In this document: positions 27,108 through 41,176 of the stretch, in pieces
Layout: every line of letters starts with the position of its first letter
Position numbering within the stretch: position 1 is the stretch's first letter
NCBI RefSeq assembly: GCF_006345805.1
Contig: NC_042998.1
Span: 19,530,001-19,594,000 of the forward strand
Length of the DNA: 64,000 bases
Source of the DNA: Octopus sinensis
Taxonomy: Eukaryota
Reading direction: 5' to 3'
Notes under the pieces: model-generated
The model's input: only the letters and a program-made list of their open reading frames with translations
What the model was told of the DNA's origin: nothing
Database searches by the model: none
Position numbers and translations under genes: made by a program

Positions 27108-28254
27108 CATACTTACATTATGTCTGTATATGTTTGTTTGCTCTGTACGTATGTATGCTTTTGGTTGCGTGCTAAATTATCAACAGATCTGCTGTTTGGT
27201 TGTTGAAGCCTAACAAATATACGCATTATAAATATTAAGCTACTGAGGAGTTAATGCTTTTGTATCTTCTCATGTACGTCATACAAGATTTAACAAACAG
27301 ACTCTTTGTTGTTTTGTCAGTTTTCATTAATGAAGACAATGATTTACTATAAATTCATATCACCTTTGAAAGATATCGCATATAACATATATGTGTATAA
27401 CGTATATATATATATATATGTGCCCACGGAACAGTTTCGAATAGGCTCCATTACTCTAATAATAGAATTTTGGATTGGTACTTTTATCATATTATGTATG
27501 TTTATGAAATTAAAATAAAATAAATTATATTTCTCCACATAATTATGATTAATTGTTTGAATGTAATGTTGAAATACGATTCCAACAAATACTTTGCCAA
27601 ATAAGGTATTCTTTTGATTTCATTTATATTTTCGTTTATCGGAAACCTTAACTCACTTATTCTTGTTTTTCTAATGGCTTTAGAAATAGATATGCAGCCA
27701 TTGTTTCTTAATATTTTTTTGACTTTTGATATCGCTGGTTTGTGATTGGGTTTCTAGCAGCGGATCTTTGCTGAGTGTATCTTTGAATGGTATAGCCATT
27801 AGAGGTTATTCTAATGTTGTTTTTTTAATAAATATTTCAGTAGAGGTTACATTTGGTAAGCAAAGAAACAGATGTGTACCCCTAAATATCGAAAAGGTAG
27901 GCTACAACTCTATCCTCGTGATTTTGAGAGTGGTATATTTGGAAGATGACAGTATCTATCAGTTCGTGCTGAAAAATGCTACCTAACGTCGAAATTTGGA
28001 ACATGTTCCTATGGGAGTATCAATACATATATAATAGTATATATCTCTTTCTCTACGGCATTCAGGAGAGCAGAGACTCAGAGCTTTTAGAACTTCACAG
28101 AAAGTGAGCTAAGATATTTTAACCGAAAATATGTTACTGGCATTTTATCCATTAAATTTCTTCTATGAGACTGGCTAATTTTAGAGTCCGCAGCTGTGAG
28201 CAGTAATCTAATCTATCCAGAACTAAGCTTTTTCCATAGACTGAGTCTAACTAC

Positions 28255-28490
28255 CGGTTATTTTGTCAGGAAGGTGTGTAGAATCCTTCGTATGAGATGT
28301 CTGGTGATGTGGCTGATGAAAAATACATCTTTTGACATTATTTCTAAGTCCCGTATGGTACTAACGATCTGAATCATTGTGGTATCTTGTGTCAAATGAT
28401 TTGATTTGTGTGTATTCCCTCCATCATTAAGAAGCTGAAATTTTGATGTATTAAATGCCATTTTAGTTATTTTGCCCATTGGTAAATGAT
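28255..28490 (-). mobile_element. CR1-group LINE RT C-terminal fragment
   Basis: MAFNTSKFQLL...IRDLEIMSKDVFFISHI...RILHTF parallels MQFNAGKFQAL...VRDLGIHMSDD.TFHVHV...WILRTF in the LINE at 39 kb. Confidence 0.7.
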
Positions 28491-28982
28491 GATGATGATT
28501 ATGATGATGAGGATGAGGATGATGACGATGATGAGTTCAATGATAGTAAGGGACACTGTGAGACCTTTGACATCTTGCTGTCCGCTCTCGGAGAATAAAC
28601 CACAGCAAGTAATATCGAGAGATCTAAGAAGTAAAATATAAATAACAACAATAATAATGATTTCGAATTCTGGTACAAAGCCAGCAACTTTGGTGGGTGG
28701 TTAAGTCGATTATGTACGTACATACACCCAAATACACACGCACCCACACACACACAAACACACGCTCACACACACATGCACATATACAAAAAAAAAGTTA
28801 AGCAGCTGTTTTTGTATTACAACTTAAAGTGTGTTTTTAAGTTATAATGTAAGAGCAATTAACAGAGAAATATCCATCAATCCGGTGGGTAAAATTGCTC
28901 AAGAACAAAATCCCTATAAACACTCCTTTAATGATTTAAATTAAAAAATCAACACACAAATATCTTACTCCGCCTTATCTCT

Positions 28983-29210
28983 TTTACTTGTTTCAGTCAT
29001 GTGACTGTGGTCATGCTGGAGCACCGCCTTTAGTCGAGCAAATCGACCCCAGGACTTATTCTTTGTAAGCCTACTACTTATTTTATCTGTCTCTTTTGTC
29101 GCATACGGGGACATAAACACACCAGCATTGGTTGTCAAGCTATATTGGGAGTACTAACACAGGCACACAAACATATACACACATACACACACACATACAC
29201 ACACACACAT

Positions 29211-29245
<35 letters not shown>

Positions 29246-29420
29246 CATACACATATATACGACAGACTTCTTTCAGTTTCCTTCTACCAAATTCACTCAA
29301 AGCGCTGTCGTTGGCCCGATGCTATAGTAGAAGAGACTTGCCCTAGGTGCCACGCAGTGGGACTGGACCCAGAACAATGTGGTTGGTAAGCAAGCTCCAT
29401 ATCACACAGCAACTCCTATG
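28983..29420 (-). mobile_element. tRNA-like SINE family C with internal (GT/AC)n
   Basis: On the - strand: head ggcataggagttgctgtgtg...gggtccagtcccactgcgtggcacc, tail ...ccagcatgaccacagtcacatgactgaaacaagtaaaag. Homologous to 44645-45036 and 52655-53045. Confidence 0.85.
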
Positions 29421-32400
29421 CCTTATATTTTATTTTCGTATGCAAGAGAGACTGCATATTCACGAACAGAATAGAACCAATTTGGTATGTTAAACAACAA
29501 AATAGAAAATAATACTTTTTGTCTCCAGACAACTGTAGCCATATTTTACTCTCTGCCTAAACAATCAGCAATAAATCTATGTAGATACGTATATTTGAAA
29601 TAACAAGAATACGTAGCATCGATAAAGCCTTTTACACGATAAATATTACAGCATGGAAGCGGACTCTAACTGCAGCAGTTTCACTACTCTTCTTCATGAA
29701 GTAATACCTACTCTAGATGAATCACAATGACGGTCATAAATGTATGACACTGTGGAAGTTTATATATGGTTTGACAAATTATTACAGCTCGGTTTTATTT
29801 CAAATTATAATACTAGTATACAATATTGAAATGGTAGATATTTATGTTCTATAATATAATACTATCATAAAATATACATATACATATATTACCATATTAT
29901 TATATATTTTTACTATTCGACATCAAAATATATTAAAACGATATACTCCAAATAAACGTACAAATAAAAGAATTCTTTTAAATATATGATGCAGCTCAAA
30001 TTGTATGGTCACATGATGTATTGTATCATCTGCCCTTTAACGGATTACGTCTTGCAGTTTATTGTACATTGATTTTATATTGAAACTATGTTTGGTCCTT
30101 ATTTAATCTTAGTGAATGTTACAATTGCGATACTTTAACCCCGATTTCTTCATTTGAATTAAGAACCAATAACGGTACAATTGCTTCAGAGATTTCGAAT
30201 GTAAATTGAAGACATTACTATGACTATACATTTGTAACCCCCTTAATCTGCATTTTATCGTCTGAGTAAATATATAGTATTGGCAGAGTAACTTCAGCCA
30301 CTCAAATGTAAACAATATACGAGAACCGTTACCAGAATGAAAAGTACATAAAAACCTGGTTTACGTCGGAAAGTGTACTCCATGGAAAGATAAAACGGGA
30401 ATAAGTATATAAGTGCAATTTTGAACTCTCATGTAACTGAATAGTAAATATAGAAGTATTTCGTTAAGCATATACGTGTAATTTTTATTGCTTTCTTCAC
30501 AAAATTATCTAAATTATACATTAGTAGTTATATAGAAACTTTAGAAGTTAAGACCAAATCTAACACGACATTTTGATAACCTATTCTCGGTTGTAATCAA
30601 CATTGATATAACAATTTAATATCTGAATATCACTGGCATTAGATTGTCTGACATAATAAACTTATAAACTCTTATAGGCTTATAGTTGTTCTGCTTCTGT
30701 CTCAGTGCCCACCTCTCTGTCTTTTGTTGCTACGTTTCTCTTTTAACTTGGCTGTCTTCATACTACTTTATATAACATTTGAAACATTCCTTACATAACA
30801 AATTGCAAATAAAACGCAACCGATATAGGAGATATAAACTATATATTTTATATTTTCGATTGAGTGCGAACGAGTTAACTAATAATGAGTATATAAAAAA
30901 ATAACGTAATTACATGGCAATAATGATAATGCAGAAATAGTCAATAATCCGTTATCGTTTTCATATATTTCGATGTAGAATAGTAAAAATATCAAATTAG
31001 TTGGCAATATAGCAATATATGTGTATGTATGTTATAACATCAATACGAACATGTAAAGTGTTAATGAGAGTACAAAAAAGTTATTATTTACATATGTGTT
31101 GTGTTAGAAATATTCACAGTCGATATATTTAAGTAGTTATGATAACCATGTGTTTCATCAAAAAGACACTGAATTAACTTAATACGTTAATTTATTATCG
31201 TGTAACACTATTTCTAGGCAGCTGCGTCTTTCGTTATTGATCTGTAAGTCTCACACAATAGGATAATGTATTCTCAAACCATATGATTATTATGCATTAT
31301 TATGCATTTTAACGAATGTCTTTAAAAAAAGACCTATGCAGTCTTGATTTAGTATTAAATTACATGTGTTTCAAATCTGACAAATTATTCTCAAATTACC
31401 CTTAAACACTCTTCATATTGCCACGCACTGTCTCAAAAAACATGATGGAGTATGCTATAACGAGGACCGGACTTAGATACACTGGGTTTGTGAGGAGGAC
31501 TGGAGTGTCACGCTTGGATTCATGTAATCATACATATGTTCGATCAGAGTTTACAGGAGACTAGATGTCAAAATGAAATAAAATAAAAGCACTAAGAGCT
31601 GAGATAGGAAACAGTGCGTAAAGTAAGTCAGATGTTTCCTCGATATCACGTGATAAATTTGAGAAATGAAATTACCAAATAAAATCTCATAGCATTCAAA
31701 TTGTAGAAGCTAAGGCTAAATACGGAAGCAAACAATGATATTTAAATCATATTTCATAACAAAAAATATCGCAGCCTTTATACAAGTACGAGAGACTAGA
31801 AAAAAAGGGTCTGATTCATTTGTTCATATCATAATAATGATTGCTCTTATTGCTATAGGTGCAAGTCTATTGTTATTGCTATTGTCATCATTATTATGGT
31901 AATGGTGATAAAAATAATAATAGTAATAATAATGATAAGATAAGAACCAATAATCGGAGTATATGTAATACTCATAATACGGGAATACATAATAATAATA
32001 ATAATATAAAGAATGCCTACGCAAAATTCTAAATACAACACAAGTGATAATATACAAAATGCCTTAGATAATACACCAAAAGATGATAATAATAAAAATA
32101 ATAATTTAAATAAAGATTGAATAGACATTCCTAGAATTAGAACCCGGGTCCATCTAATCTATAACAAATGGACAGTTATAATTGAATTAAATTTAAAAAT
32201 CTATAATTTTAATTGGTATCTTCCAATTATAAAAATAAAAATATAAAAAAAATACTGGGACCAGTTTATAATTTTACAATTTCATAGCTTCAAATATAAT
32301 TTCAAATATAATTTGATTTTGTATTATGAACTATCTTTTGATTACCGTGTAATAATAATGAATTTTATACAAAGATATTATGGATTGCAACAGAAGAATT

Positions 32401-32747
32401 ACCAAGACAAAAGTGTCATGCATTGCTACAGAGGAATTACCAAGAAAACATATGAATTTCAAGATTCTTATACTAAAGTATATACACTTTTCGCACTTCT
32501 AAACTAACTATATGAACTATACTGGAATGCAAGATAATATTGACGGATTTTGAGTATGAATATTATGGATTATTGCAGTGGAATAACCAAGGAAATATAT
32601 ATGGATTTAAAGACTCTCATGAAAGGTAGTAATTTTTAATTTTTATTTTACACTTCAAACAAACACTATTTTACAAACACCATTTTAAAATTATACTTCA
32701 AATTGTATAAAGAAATATCATTCGATATATACAATATTCATATTTTA

Positions 32748-32839
32748 TATCTCTGAAGAGCAGAAGGGTTGTCTATAAATGCTTATCAATATAGGATTTC
32801 ATGATAGGGACAACTCTTCTGCGAAACGATCGTAAGATG
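32748..32839 (+). ncRNA. Intact minimal type I hammerhead ribozyme (Penelope-type), predicted cleavage after GUA at 32834
   Basis: tatct CTGAAGA gcagaag-ggttgtc...gacaact-cttctgc GAAA c-gatc-g TA agatg. Stem I is 5 bp, stem II is 14 bp or more, stem III is 2 bp with a palindromic GAUC loop, and all core nucleotides are present. Confidence 0.8.
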
Positions 32840-33899
32840 CTTAAAAAATTAATTCAAAACTTTTAAACTATCAAAATTATCTTATACATTATATTTTTTA
32901 TTTATTTATTTATATATATATTTTAAGGTCTTTCACACGGGTATATCTTTATGATGAGTTCAATATTGATTTCCTTATATTAATAATAATAATATATTAT
33001 TTAAAAAATATATGTATATATCGCTCGTATTAAATATATAAATACTTTAATAGTATTAATATTTTTATACAATGGAGCACCAAATATAAATTCAGTATAT
33101 AATATTCTTATTGAATATATTTAACTAAAGATTTATATATACGAATTATAGATTACATAATTACGCAAGCATCACAACCAATAGGCTAAATATCTTATAG
33201 TAATATTTCGATATCAGATACTTTTGATTGTTTTCTAAAAATAGTTTAAAACTTCGAAAAGGAGAAACAGCAACATTACATCATTGGCCAGTTATATCAT
33301 TCTTCTATTTCATGATTATATCTTGTATAGAACTGTCTAATAATCGGATCTCATGGCTATAAACGAAATAAAACAAAAAATCGAAAATGTTGAAAACAAT
33401 AACTCGTAAATTGATATTGATATTACACATGTGTTGTAGGCTACCATTGTTTCACTCATCTTTCAAACTATCACGAACTTGCTATCACGTTTCTCTTCCT
33501 TCTCTTCCCTGATATAAACAGCTCTATATTACCAAACGTCAAGTAGATGTTGAAAAGAAAACATTACAAAATATATGAAGATATATTTTGATTTCAGACT
33601 AACGTTATTTAACACGGAATCGGCTGATATTTCAATTCAATGTTATCTCATTGTCTCTAGAATTTTCCCTATGAAAATAGTTCATGGAGGTGGTGGTCGT
33701 GGTCGTGGTTGTGGTGGTGGGTGAAGATGAAGAGCTGAGGGTGTATATTAGGTTTTCGATGTTAATATGTTATTTAAAGTAGAAAATGAAGTCCATTAAG
33801 TTAATGAAATAATCAACAATTTAAATTTAGTGATTGACAAACAAATTCCTATAGACAAGACATATAAAGCTTCGTAAGAAATTGAGTTTTACATATATA

Positions 33900-33945
<46 letters not shown>

Positions 33946-33976
33946 AGAGAGAGAGAGAGTGAGAGTCTTAGAGATG

Positions 33977-34043
<67 letters not shown>

Positions 34044-34469
34044 TATATATATATACTTATGTATTTGTATATATATATATACACATGCAAACACATATAT
34101 ATATCATATATGATGCACTCCACCACAGAAGACGACGTATGAGTGCTTGCTTTCGGTGAATGACCTCAACAGTTGCAGTGGTTGCAGTGCTGCACAACAG
34201 TATGCGTATATGTTACTTCAAATCAGAGTTGCCTGAATAGGTGCACGGTGCACCACGCGTGGGGGAGTGTCCATAGACCTACACCAGGTGAATTAGTTTC
34301 CATTTTATCATAGGTTTACTACTGAAGAAGGAGGAAGACTGAGGAAATAATATCGGATTCGTATAGGGTGGGAAGAGTTATCATGTCATAGATTTATTTG
34401 ATGAGCAAGTGTGAAAGAATGCTGAAATCGGTCTCAGGGAGTCAGAGACAGGATTTTATTTGAATAGGA

Positions 34470-34476
34470 TGCATTC

Positions 34477-34548
<72 letters not shown>

Positions 34549-36455
34549 TATAATTATATAGATAGATATAGATATGTAAATACATACGTATGTATGTATG
34601 TATATATATATATTATATATATATATATATATACGTATAATTATATAGATAGATAGATATAGATATGTACACACATACGTATGTATATATATATATATAT
34701 ATATATATACGTATAATTATATAGATGTAGATATGTACATACGTATCTAGCCACAGATTGGCTAGAGGGGGTGCAAGTTGGTTTTGACACATCTTCAAGA
34801 TGTGTCAAAACCAACTTGCACCCCCTGTAGCCAATCTGTGGCGGAACTCAATGGATGCTGGATATATACCAGAAGACCTTCTATCCCAGTCTGTTGTCCC
34901 AGTTTTCAAAAAAGGAAACAAATCGCTTGCCGTGAATTACCGTCCAATCTCACTCACCTCTCATATCATCAAGGTATTTGAGAGGGTGCTGAGATCGCGT
35001 ATGACTCACTTCCTTGAGAGTCATAATATGCTGAACCCCAACCAGCATGGATTCCGTAATGGGAGAGATTGCCTGACGCAGCTACTGCATCATTTTGATG
35101 ACATTTTGAGAGCCTTGGGAGAGGGTTCCAACACTGATGTCATCTACCTTGATTTCAGCAAGGCCTTTGACAGGGTTGATCATAAGATCCTTCTGAGAAA
35201 GCTGTCCAATATTGGGTCACTGGAAAGCTGCTGCAATGGATCAAGTGCTTCCTCTCTAACAGAACCCAACATGTTGTAGTCGAAGGAGTCAAATCCAGCC
35301 CAGCCAAAGTCAGCAGTGGTGTCCCACAAGGCACTGTGTTGGGCCCACTTCTCTTCATCATCTACATAAATGATATTACTGACACCATCAAACACAGCAA
35401 CATCAGAACCTTCGCTGATGATTCCAAGCTCCAGAAGGTCATCAATGGCGTGGATGACCGAATAAACCTTCAGTCAGACCTACTGGATGTTGTCCAATGG
35501 GCGGAAAAGAATAACATGTTGCTAAATGAAGACAAATTCGAACTGATCCACTTTGGAAGGAGGACGCTCTGAAACTCCCATACTCTTCCTTCTGGAGAAA
35601 TTCTCATGGCATCCAACAACATCAGAGACCTGGGAGTAACAGTGGACAACAACATAAGCTGGGCTACACATATAAGCAGCAAAGTTGACATGGCCCGCAG
35701 AATGTGTTCCTGGATTCTCAGAACCTTCCAGTCGAGAGATTCCCACGCTATTATCCTTCTCTTCTCCACTTTTGCCCGACCCCACCTTGAATACTGCTGT
35801 CCACTGTGGTCTCCCTACACAAAACAAAATATTATGAGAATTGAAGCTCCCCAAAGGTCAATCACAAAAAAGATAGATGGCATGTCAGACCTTGACTACT
35901 GGGGTAGACTAGAGAAGCTGAAATTGTATTCACTCCAACGACGCCGTGAACGCTACATTATCTGTATGATGTGGAAAATATTCCATCAGCACTGTCCGAA
36001 TGATGTTGGCATCACCTTCAAAATGCATCCAAGGCTTGGACCACGTGCCATCCGTCCACAACAAAAATCTAAATCGCATCACATAACGACAATACGGCAC
36101 AACTATTTCACCTCAATTGGACCCGCTCTCTTCAAATTACACCAGGACACGTCAAAAAGAAACTGACCACACAAAATTCAAGAAGTCTTTGGACAAATTC
36201 CTTCAAACAGTACCGGAAAAACCACCCACACCCGGATATGTCTCCGCAAACAATAACTCTCTGCTCGAATGGGCCTTGGTGCCCAAATCCTGAACTGAAA
36301 GACTTCGCCAGGTGGTGCTATTAAGTTAGACATGGCCTGGGCCAATACTGGCCAAAAACTTTCTAAGTTATTCTAAGTTATGTATGTATGTAATATATAT
36401 ATATATATATATACGTATAATTATATAGATGTAGATATGTACATACGTATGTATG

Positions 36456-36487
<32 letters not shown>

Positions 36488-36550
36488 GATATTACGTATA
36501 ATATATAGATATAGATATGTACATACGTATGTATGTATATATATAATATA

Positions 36551-36632
<82 letters not shown>

Positions 36633-36650
36633 ATGTATATTATATATATG

Positions 36651-36681
<31 letters not shown>

Positions 36682-36682
36682 G

Positions 36683-36753
<71 letters not shown>

Positions 36754-36831
36754 TATATAAACCTATAATTATATAGATATAGATATGTACATACGTATTA
36801 TGTATATATATACTATATATATATATATATA

Positions 36832-36868
<37 letters not shown>

Positions 36869-36955
36869 TATACGTATAATTATATAGATATAGATATGTA
36901 CATACGATAGTATGTATTATATATATAATATATATATTATAATATATAGTATATA
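34470..36955. repeat. Minisatellite [(AT)n-acgtataattatatagat(a/g)tagatatgtacatacgtatgt], split by a LINE insertion
   Basis: The unit recurs several times in both 34470-34746 and 36381-36955. Confidence 0.85.
34747..36380 (+). mobile_element. 5'-truncated CR1-group LINE (RT domain), tail (TTCTAAGTTA)2
   Basis: Motifs NYRPISLTS, YLDFSKAFD, GVPQGTVLGPLLF, FADDSKL and LEYCCPLWSP are spread over ORFs separated by 1-bp frameshifts. Confidence 0.92.
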
Positions 36956-36959
36956 TACA

Positions 36960-39900
36960 AAGAAAAGGGATGGACCACGCACCACCTGCCCCAAAGCGGA
37001 GGTACGCAGATGTTGTGCGCGCCACAAACAGCCAACATGATGTCGAAAGAGCAGCTGCTGAGCAACAATCTTTTTTGTGCATGGCACAAAAGATTGTACA
37101 GCAGCTGACCTGGCTTCATCAAACCCAAGCCCGCAGGTGGGACTACCCACTATATACCAGACCACCACAGCAAACAGACACAGGATGGACACCGCCGGCA
37201 ACAACGTACACCTCACCTCGATACTCCTACTGAACATCAGAGGACTGCAAACACTCAGTAACAGGACAAAGATCCCGTTCCTGAGAGACTTTGTTGCATG
37301 CAATCAAGCCTTATGCATAGCACTTACAGAAACGCACCTGAAACCGGACATAGCAGATGCGGAGTTACACATACCACAGTATGCTGTACTACGGACCGAC
37401 AGGAAAGAAAGGAGTCATGGAGGTGTTGCTATGTACATCCGTGAGGACCTCACACCCCAGGTCCACTTGTCATACTCAAACTCGGTGTGTGACACACTAA
37501 TTGTACATATCAGGCAACTTGATGTGTGTGCTACATATCGCCCTCCAGATGCCCCAAGCCATGTGGGCAAGTTTGAAGACTGCCTTATAAAAATAGAAGA
37601 AATTCTAACCACATTAGAACAACACATAGGTGTGCTTCTTATGGGAGACTTCAATCTGCCCAATGTCAGATGGCCCGAGGGCCTTTCTCTCCCAGGAATG
37701 ACAAGATGTGAACGAGGACAGGCGAGGTCCCTCCTGAACCTCATCAACACCCTGTACATGGAGCAGGTAATACTCCAACCAACCAGGGCAGGAAACACAC
37801 TGGATCTCTGCTTCACAAATGACATGGATCTCATCCATAATGTGAAAGTGACACCGACACTACTCTCGGATCACAACATGATAGAGCTGACCATGTACGG
37901 GCCAAAAGAGAGCACGGACATGCAGCTACAAGAAACCCTCAAAATCTTTCCAGCTTGAACTACCATAAGGCAAACTGGAAACAAATTGAGAAAGAGATCC
38001 TCAAACAAAACTGGCCTAAATGTCTCTCCTCGCCAGACATCGACGTGAAACTTCAACAATTCATGTCTGTAATGCAAGCCATATGCTACAAATGTGTCCC
38101 AGAGAGAAAGGCCACTGTACACAAGAACAAAATCCCCAGAGAGAGGAAAATTTTAATGAGACGGCGTACGAAATTTTCAAATCGCCTAAACAAACAGATT
38201 GAAAGCAGTGAAAAGTCCCGCCTAAAAATAAAACTGTTGGAAATCGAAAAATGTCTGCAACTCTCCCATGAAAAAAAAGAGCAGACAGAGAAGCCTGGGC
38301 TATAGAAAACATAAAATCTATCCCCAGAGCTTTCTACAGGTATGCCAAAGAAACAGCTACAGTGCACTGTAGAATAGGGCCACTCCTCGAAAAGGATGGC
38401 ACACTTACAGGAAAACCAATGAGGGTAAGTGAAATACTGAATGAGCAATTCAAGAGTGTTTTCACTCCACCCCTTGGGCATCTCCAAATCACCAATCCAA
38501 CTGACTTTTTTAACACTGCAAATATAAAATCAGATATAAAGGAAGAAGATGTAACCAAGGCTATAGATGAAATGAAAACAGACTCAGCTACTGGCCCCGA
38601 TGGATTCCCGGCAATCCTCCTAAAAGCATGTAAGAGAGTCCTAGCAAGACCACTGCAGTTCCTCTTTCAGAGCTTCCTTGCAGCTGGCAAACTTCCAGGA
38701 AAACTGAAGGAAGGTAAAATATGCCCCATTCATAAAGGAGGTAGCAGAGCGGAAGCCAAGAACTATAGACCTATCTCTCTGACCTCACACATCAGCAAGG
38801 TCATGGAACGAATAGTCAGAAGGAAGCTGATCACCTTCCTTGAAGAGAATGACTTGCTGCCCGACACCCAACATGGTTTCCGACCAGGGAGAAGCTGTTT
38901 AACTCAGCTCCTACAACACTATGACTGGGTGCTGAAACGGCTGCTCAACCACTCAAATGTGGAAGTGATATATCTCGACTTTGCAAAGGCCTTTGATAAA
39001 GTCGATCATGGAATGATATGTCACAAACTGCGTGATCTCAACATAGTTGGAAAACTGGGAGAATGGCTTCATGACTTTCTGAAGGATAGAAGTCAGGTGG
39101 TAGTAGCCAATGGGGCCACCTCCATTAACGCACAAATAGTGAGCGGTGTTCCGCAGGGCACTGTTCTGGGACCACTACTGTTCATAATGGCCCTCTCAGA
39201 CATGCCCTCAGCCACGCAGAGAGCCACGATCACAAGTTATGCAGATGATACAAAAGTTTCACAGGCAATACAGAACCCTGAGGACACTAAACACCTGCAA
39301 TGTGAGCTGGACGAAATATACAAGTGGGCTGAAAAGAATAGCATGCAGTTCAATGCTGGAAAGTTTCAAGCTTTATACTATCAGCATGCAAAACTGAATG
39401 CAATACCCAATGAATACACTGGACCCGGAGGGATTGCAATCCCAGAGGCACAATCAGTGCGTGACCTGGGTATTCACATGAGTGATGACGCGACCTTTCA
39501 TGTACATGTTGCTAAACTGACACTGAAATGTAGACGGCTGGCTGGATGGATTCTTAGAACCTTTAGAACAAGAGAACAAGAAACCATGATGGTCCTCGGA
39601 AGACACTTGTCCTAAGCCACTTTGACTATTGCTCTCAGCTATGGTCACCATCCAGTGTCAAGTTGATCACAGAACTTGAGGCGACCCAACGAAGCTACAC
39701 AAAGAAGATAGCCTCTATGCAGAATGTAAGCTACTGGGAAAGACTCAAGAGATTAAAATTATATTCCCTGGAGCGTAGGCGGGAAGATATGCCATAATAT
39801 ACATCTGGAAGATCCTGGAGGGAAGTGTCCTGAACTTTGGCATCGAGAGTTACGCAAATGCCAGAACTGGGCGCCACTGCGTGGTGCCTAGGACTCCAAA

Positions 39901-40240
39901 CCTGCCATCAAGATGTAGGACAAGATTCTGTGATAGCCTGGGCTTCCGAGGCCCACAGCTCTTCAATATCCTCCCGAAGAACCTGAGAGACCTGCATGGG
40001 GTGGATACAGATGTCTTTAAAATGAAGCTGGATCTCTTCCTGTCAGGTGTCCCAGATGAACCAACTTCACGGCAGGAGGGGCAGATGAGGGCAGCTGCAT
40101 CGAACTCTCTCATGCACCAAATAGCAGTTGCTAGAAAGCCTCCATGAAGTGAAACCAAGTAGCAACACCAAATGGCGGTGCCCCAGCATGGCCACAGCTC
40201 ATAAGCTGAAACTAGAATCAATCAATCAATCAATCAATCA
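36960..40240 (+). mobile_element. Near-complete CR1-group LINE: ORF1 C-terminus, ORF2 (APE endonuclease plus RT), (TCAA)n tail
   Basis: ORF1 end YADVV...QSFL (36970-37233). ORF2 starts at ATG 37185 and contains LLNIRGL, LTETHL, GGVAMY, MGDFN, LDL, SDHN, NYRPISLTS, YLDFAKAFD, GVPQGTVLGP and YADD (39238-39249). About four frameshifts. Confidence 0.93.
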
Positions 40241-40270
40241 TATATATATATATAATATATTATATATATA

Positions 40271-40314
<44 letters not shown>

Positions 40315-40463
40315 GTATATATATATGTATATATATATATATATATATGTATATGTATATATATATGTATATATTATATATATATGTATATATATATGTA
40401 TATATATATATATATATGTATATATAATGTATATATATATATTGTATATTGTATATATATATG

Positions 40464-40496
<33 letters not shown>

Positions 40497-40580
40497 GTAT
40501 ATATAATATATATGTATATATATATGTATATATAATATATGTATATATATATGTATATATTATATATGTATATATATATG

Positions 40581-40613
<33 letters not shown>

Positions 40614-40757
40614 GTATATATAGTATATATATGTATATATATGTATATATATATGTATATATATGTATGTATATATATATGTATATATATGTTATAGATA
40701 ATATTATATGAATATGTATATATATGTATATATATATATATATATATGTATATTATG

Positions 40758-40806
<49 letters not shown>

Positions 40807-40850
40807 GTCTATATATATATATATATTCATAAGATACATATATATAGGGT
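40240..40850. repeat. ~600-bp (TA)n/(TATG)n microsatellite block
   Basis: Directly visible. Confidence 0.95.
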
Positions 40851-40930
40851 GGCGAATACTCGTTATAAATATCACCACCAGTGGCCCAGCATGTATAAAC
40901 AGTCAATTGACAACATATTCATATTTTAAC

Positions 40931-41104
40931 ATAGAACATTACCCATTAACAGGTAATTTCTTACATGCTAGAAATAGCAGCCAATACGGCCAAAAACCAC
41001 ATTTTTTTTCATTTCGAAATTTGCTATAAAATTCTGGCTTTTGGCCGTATTGGCTGCTATTTCTAGCACGTAAAAAAATTACCTGTTAAAGGGTAATCTT
41101 CTAT
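40931..41104. mobile_element. MITE-like foldback element with ~65-bp imperfect inverted arms
   Basis: atagaacattacccattaacaggtaatttcttacatgctagaaatagcagccaatacggccaaaa pairs with ttttggccgtattggctgctatttctagcacgtaaaaaaattacctgttaaagggtaatcttctat. Confidence 0.8.
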
Positions 41105-41176
41105 TTTGATATATATATGTATGTATATACGTGTATGTGCAGGTATAGATATACACATATATATATATATATACGT

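Noticed and set aside
31420-31530. HCLKKHDGVCYNEDRT, EGF-like start
   Set aside because: It is followed at once by a stop, with no splice support and an incomplete Cys pattern.
35155-40221. Several antisense ORFs of 60-140 aa
   Set aside because: They are shadows of LINE ORF2 on the opposite strand.
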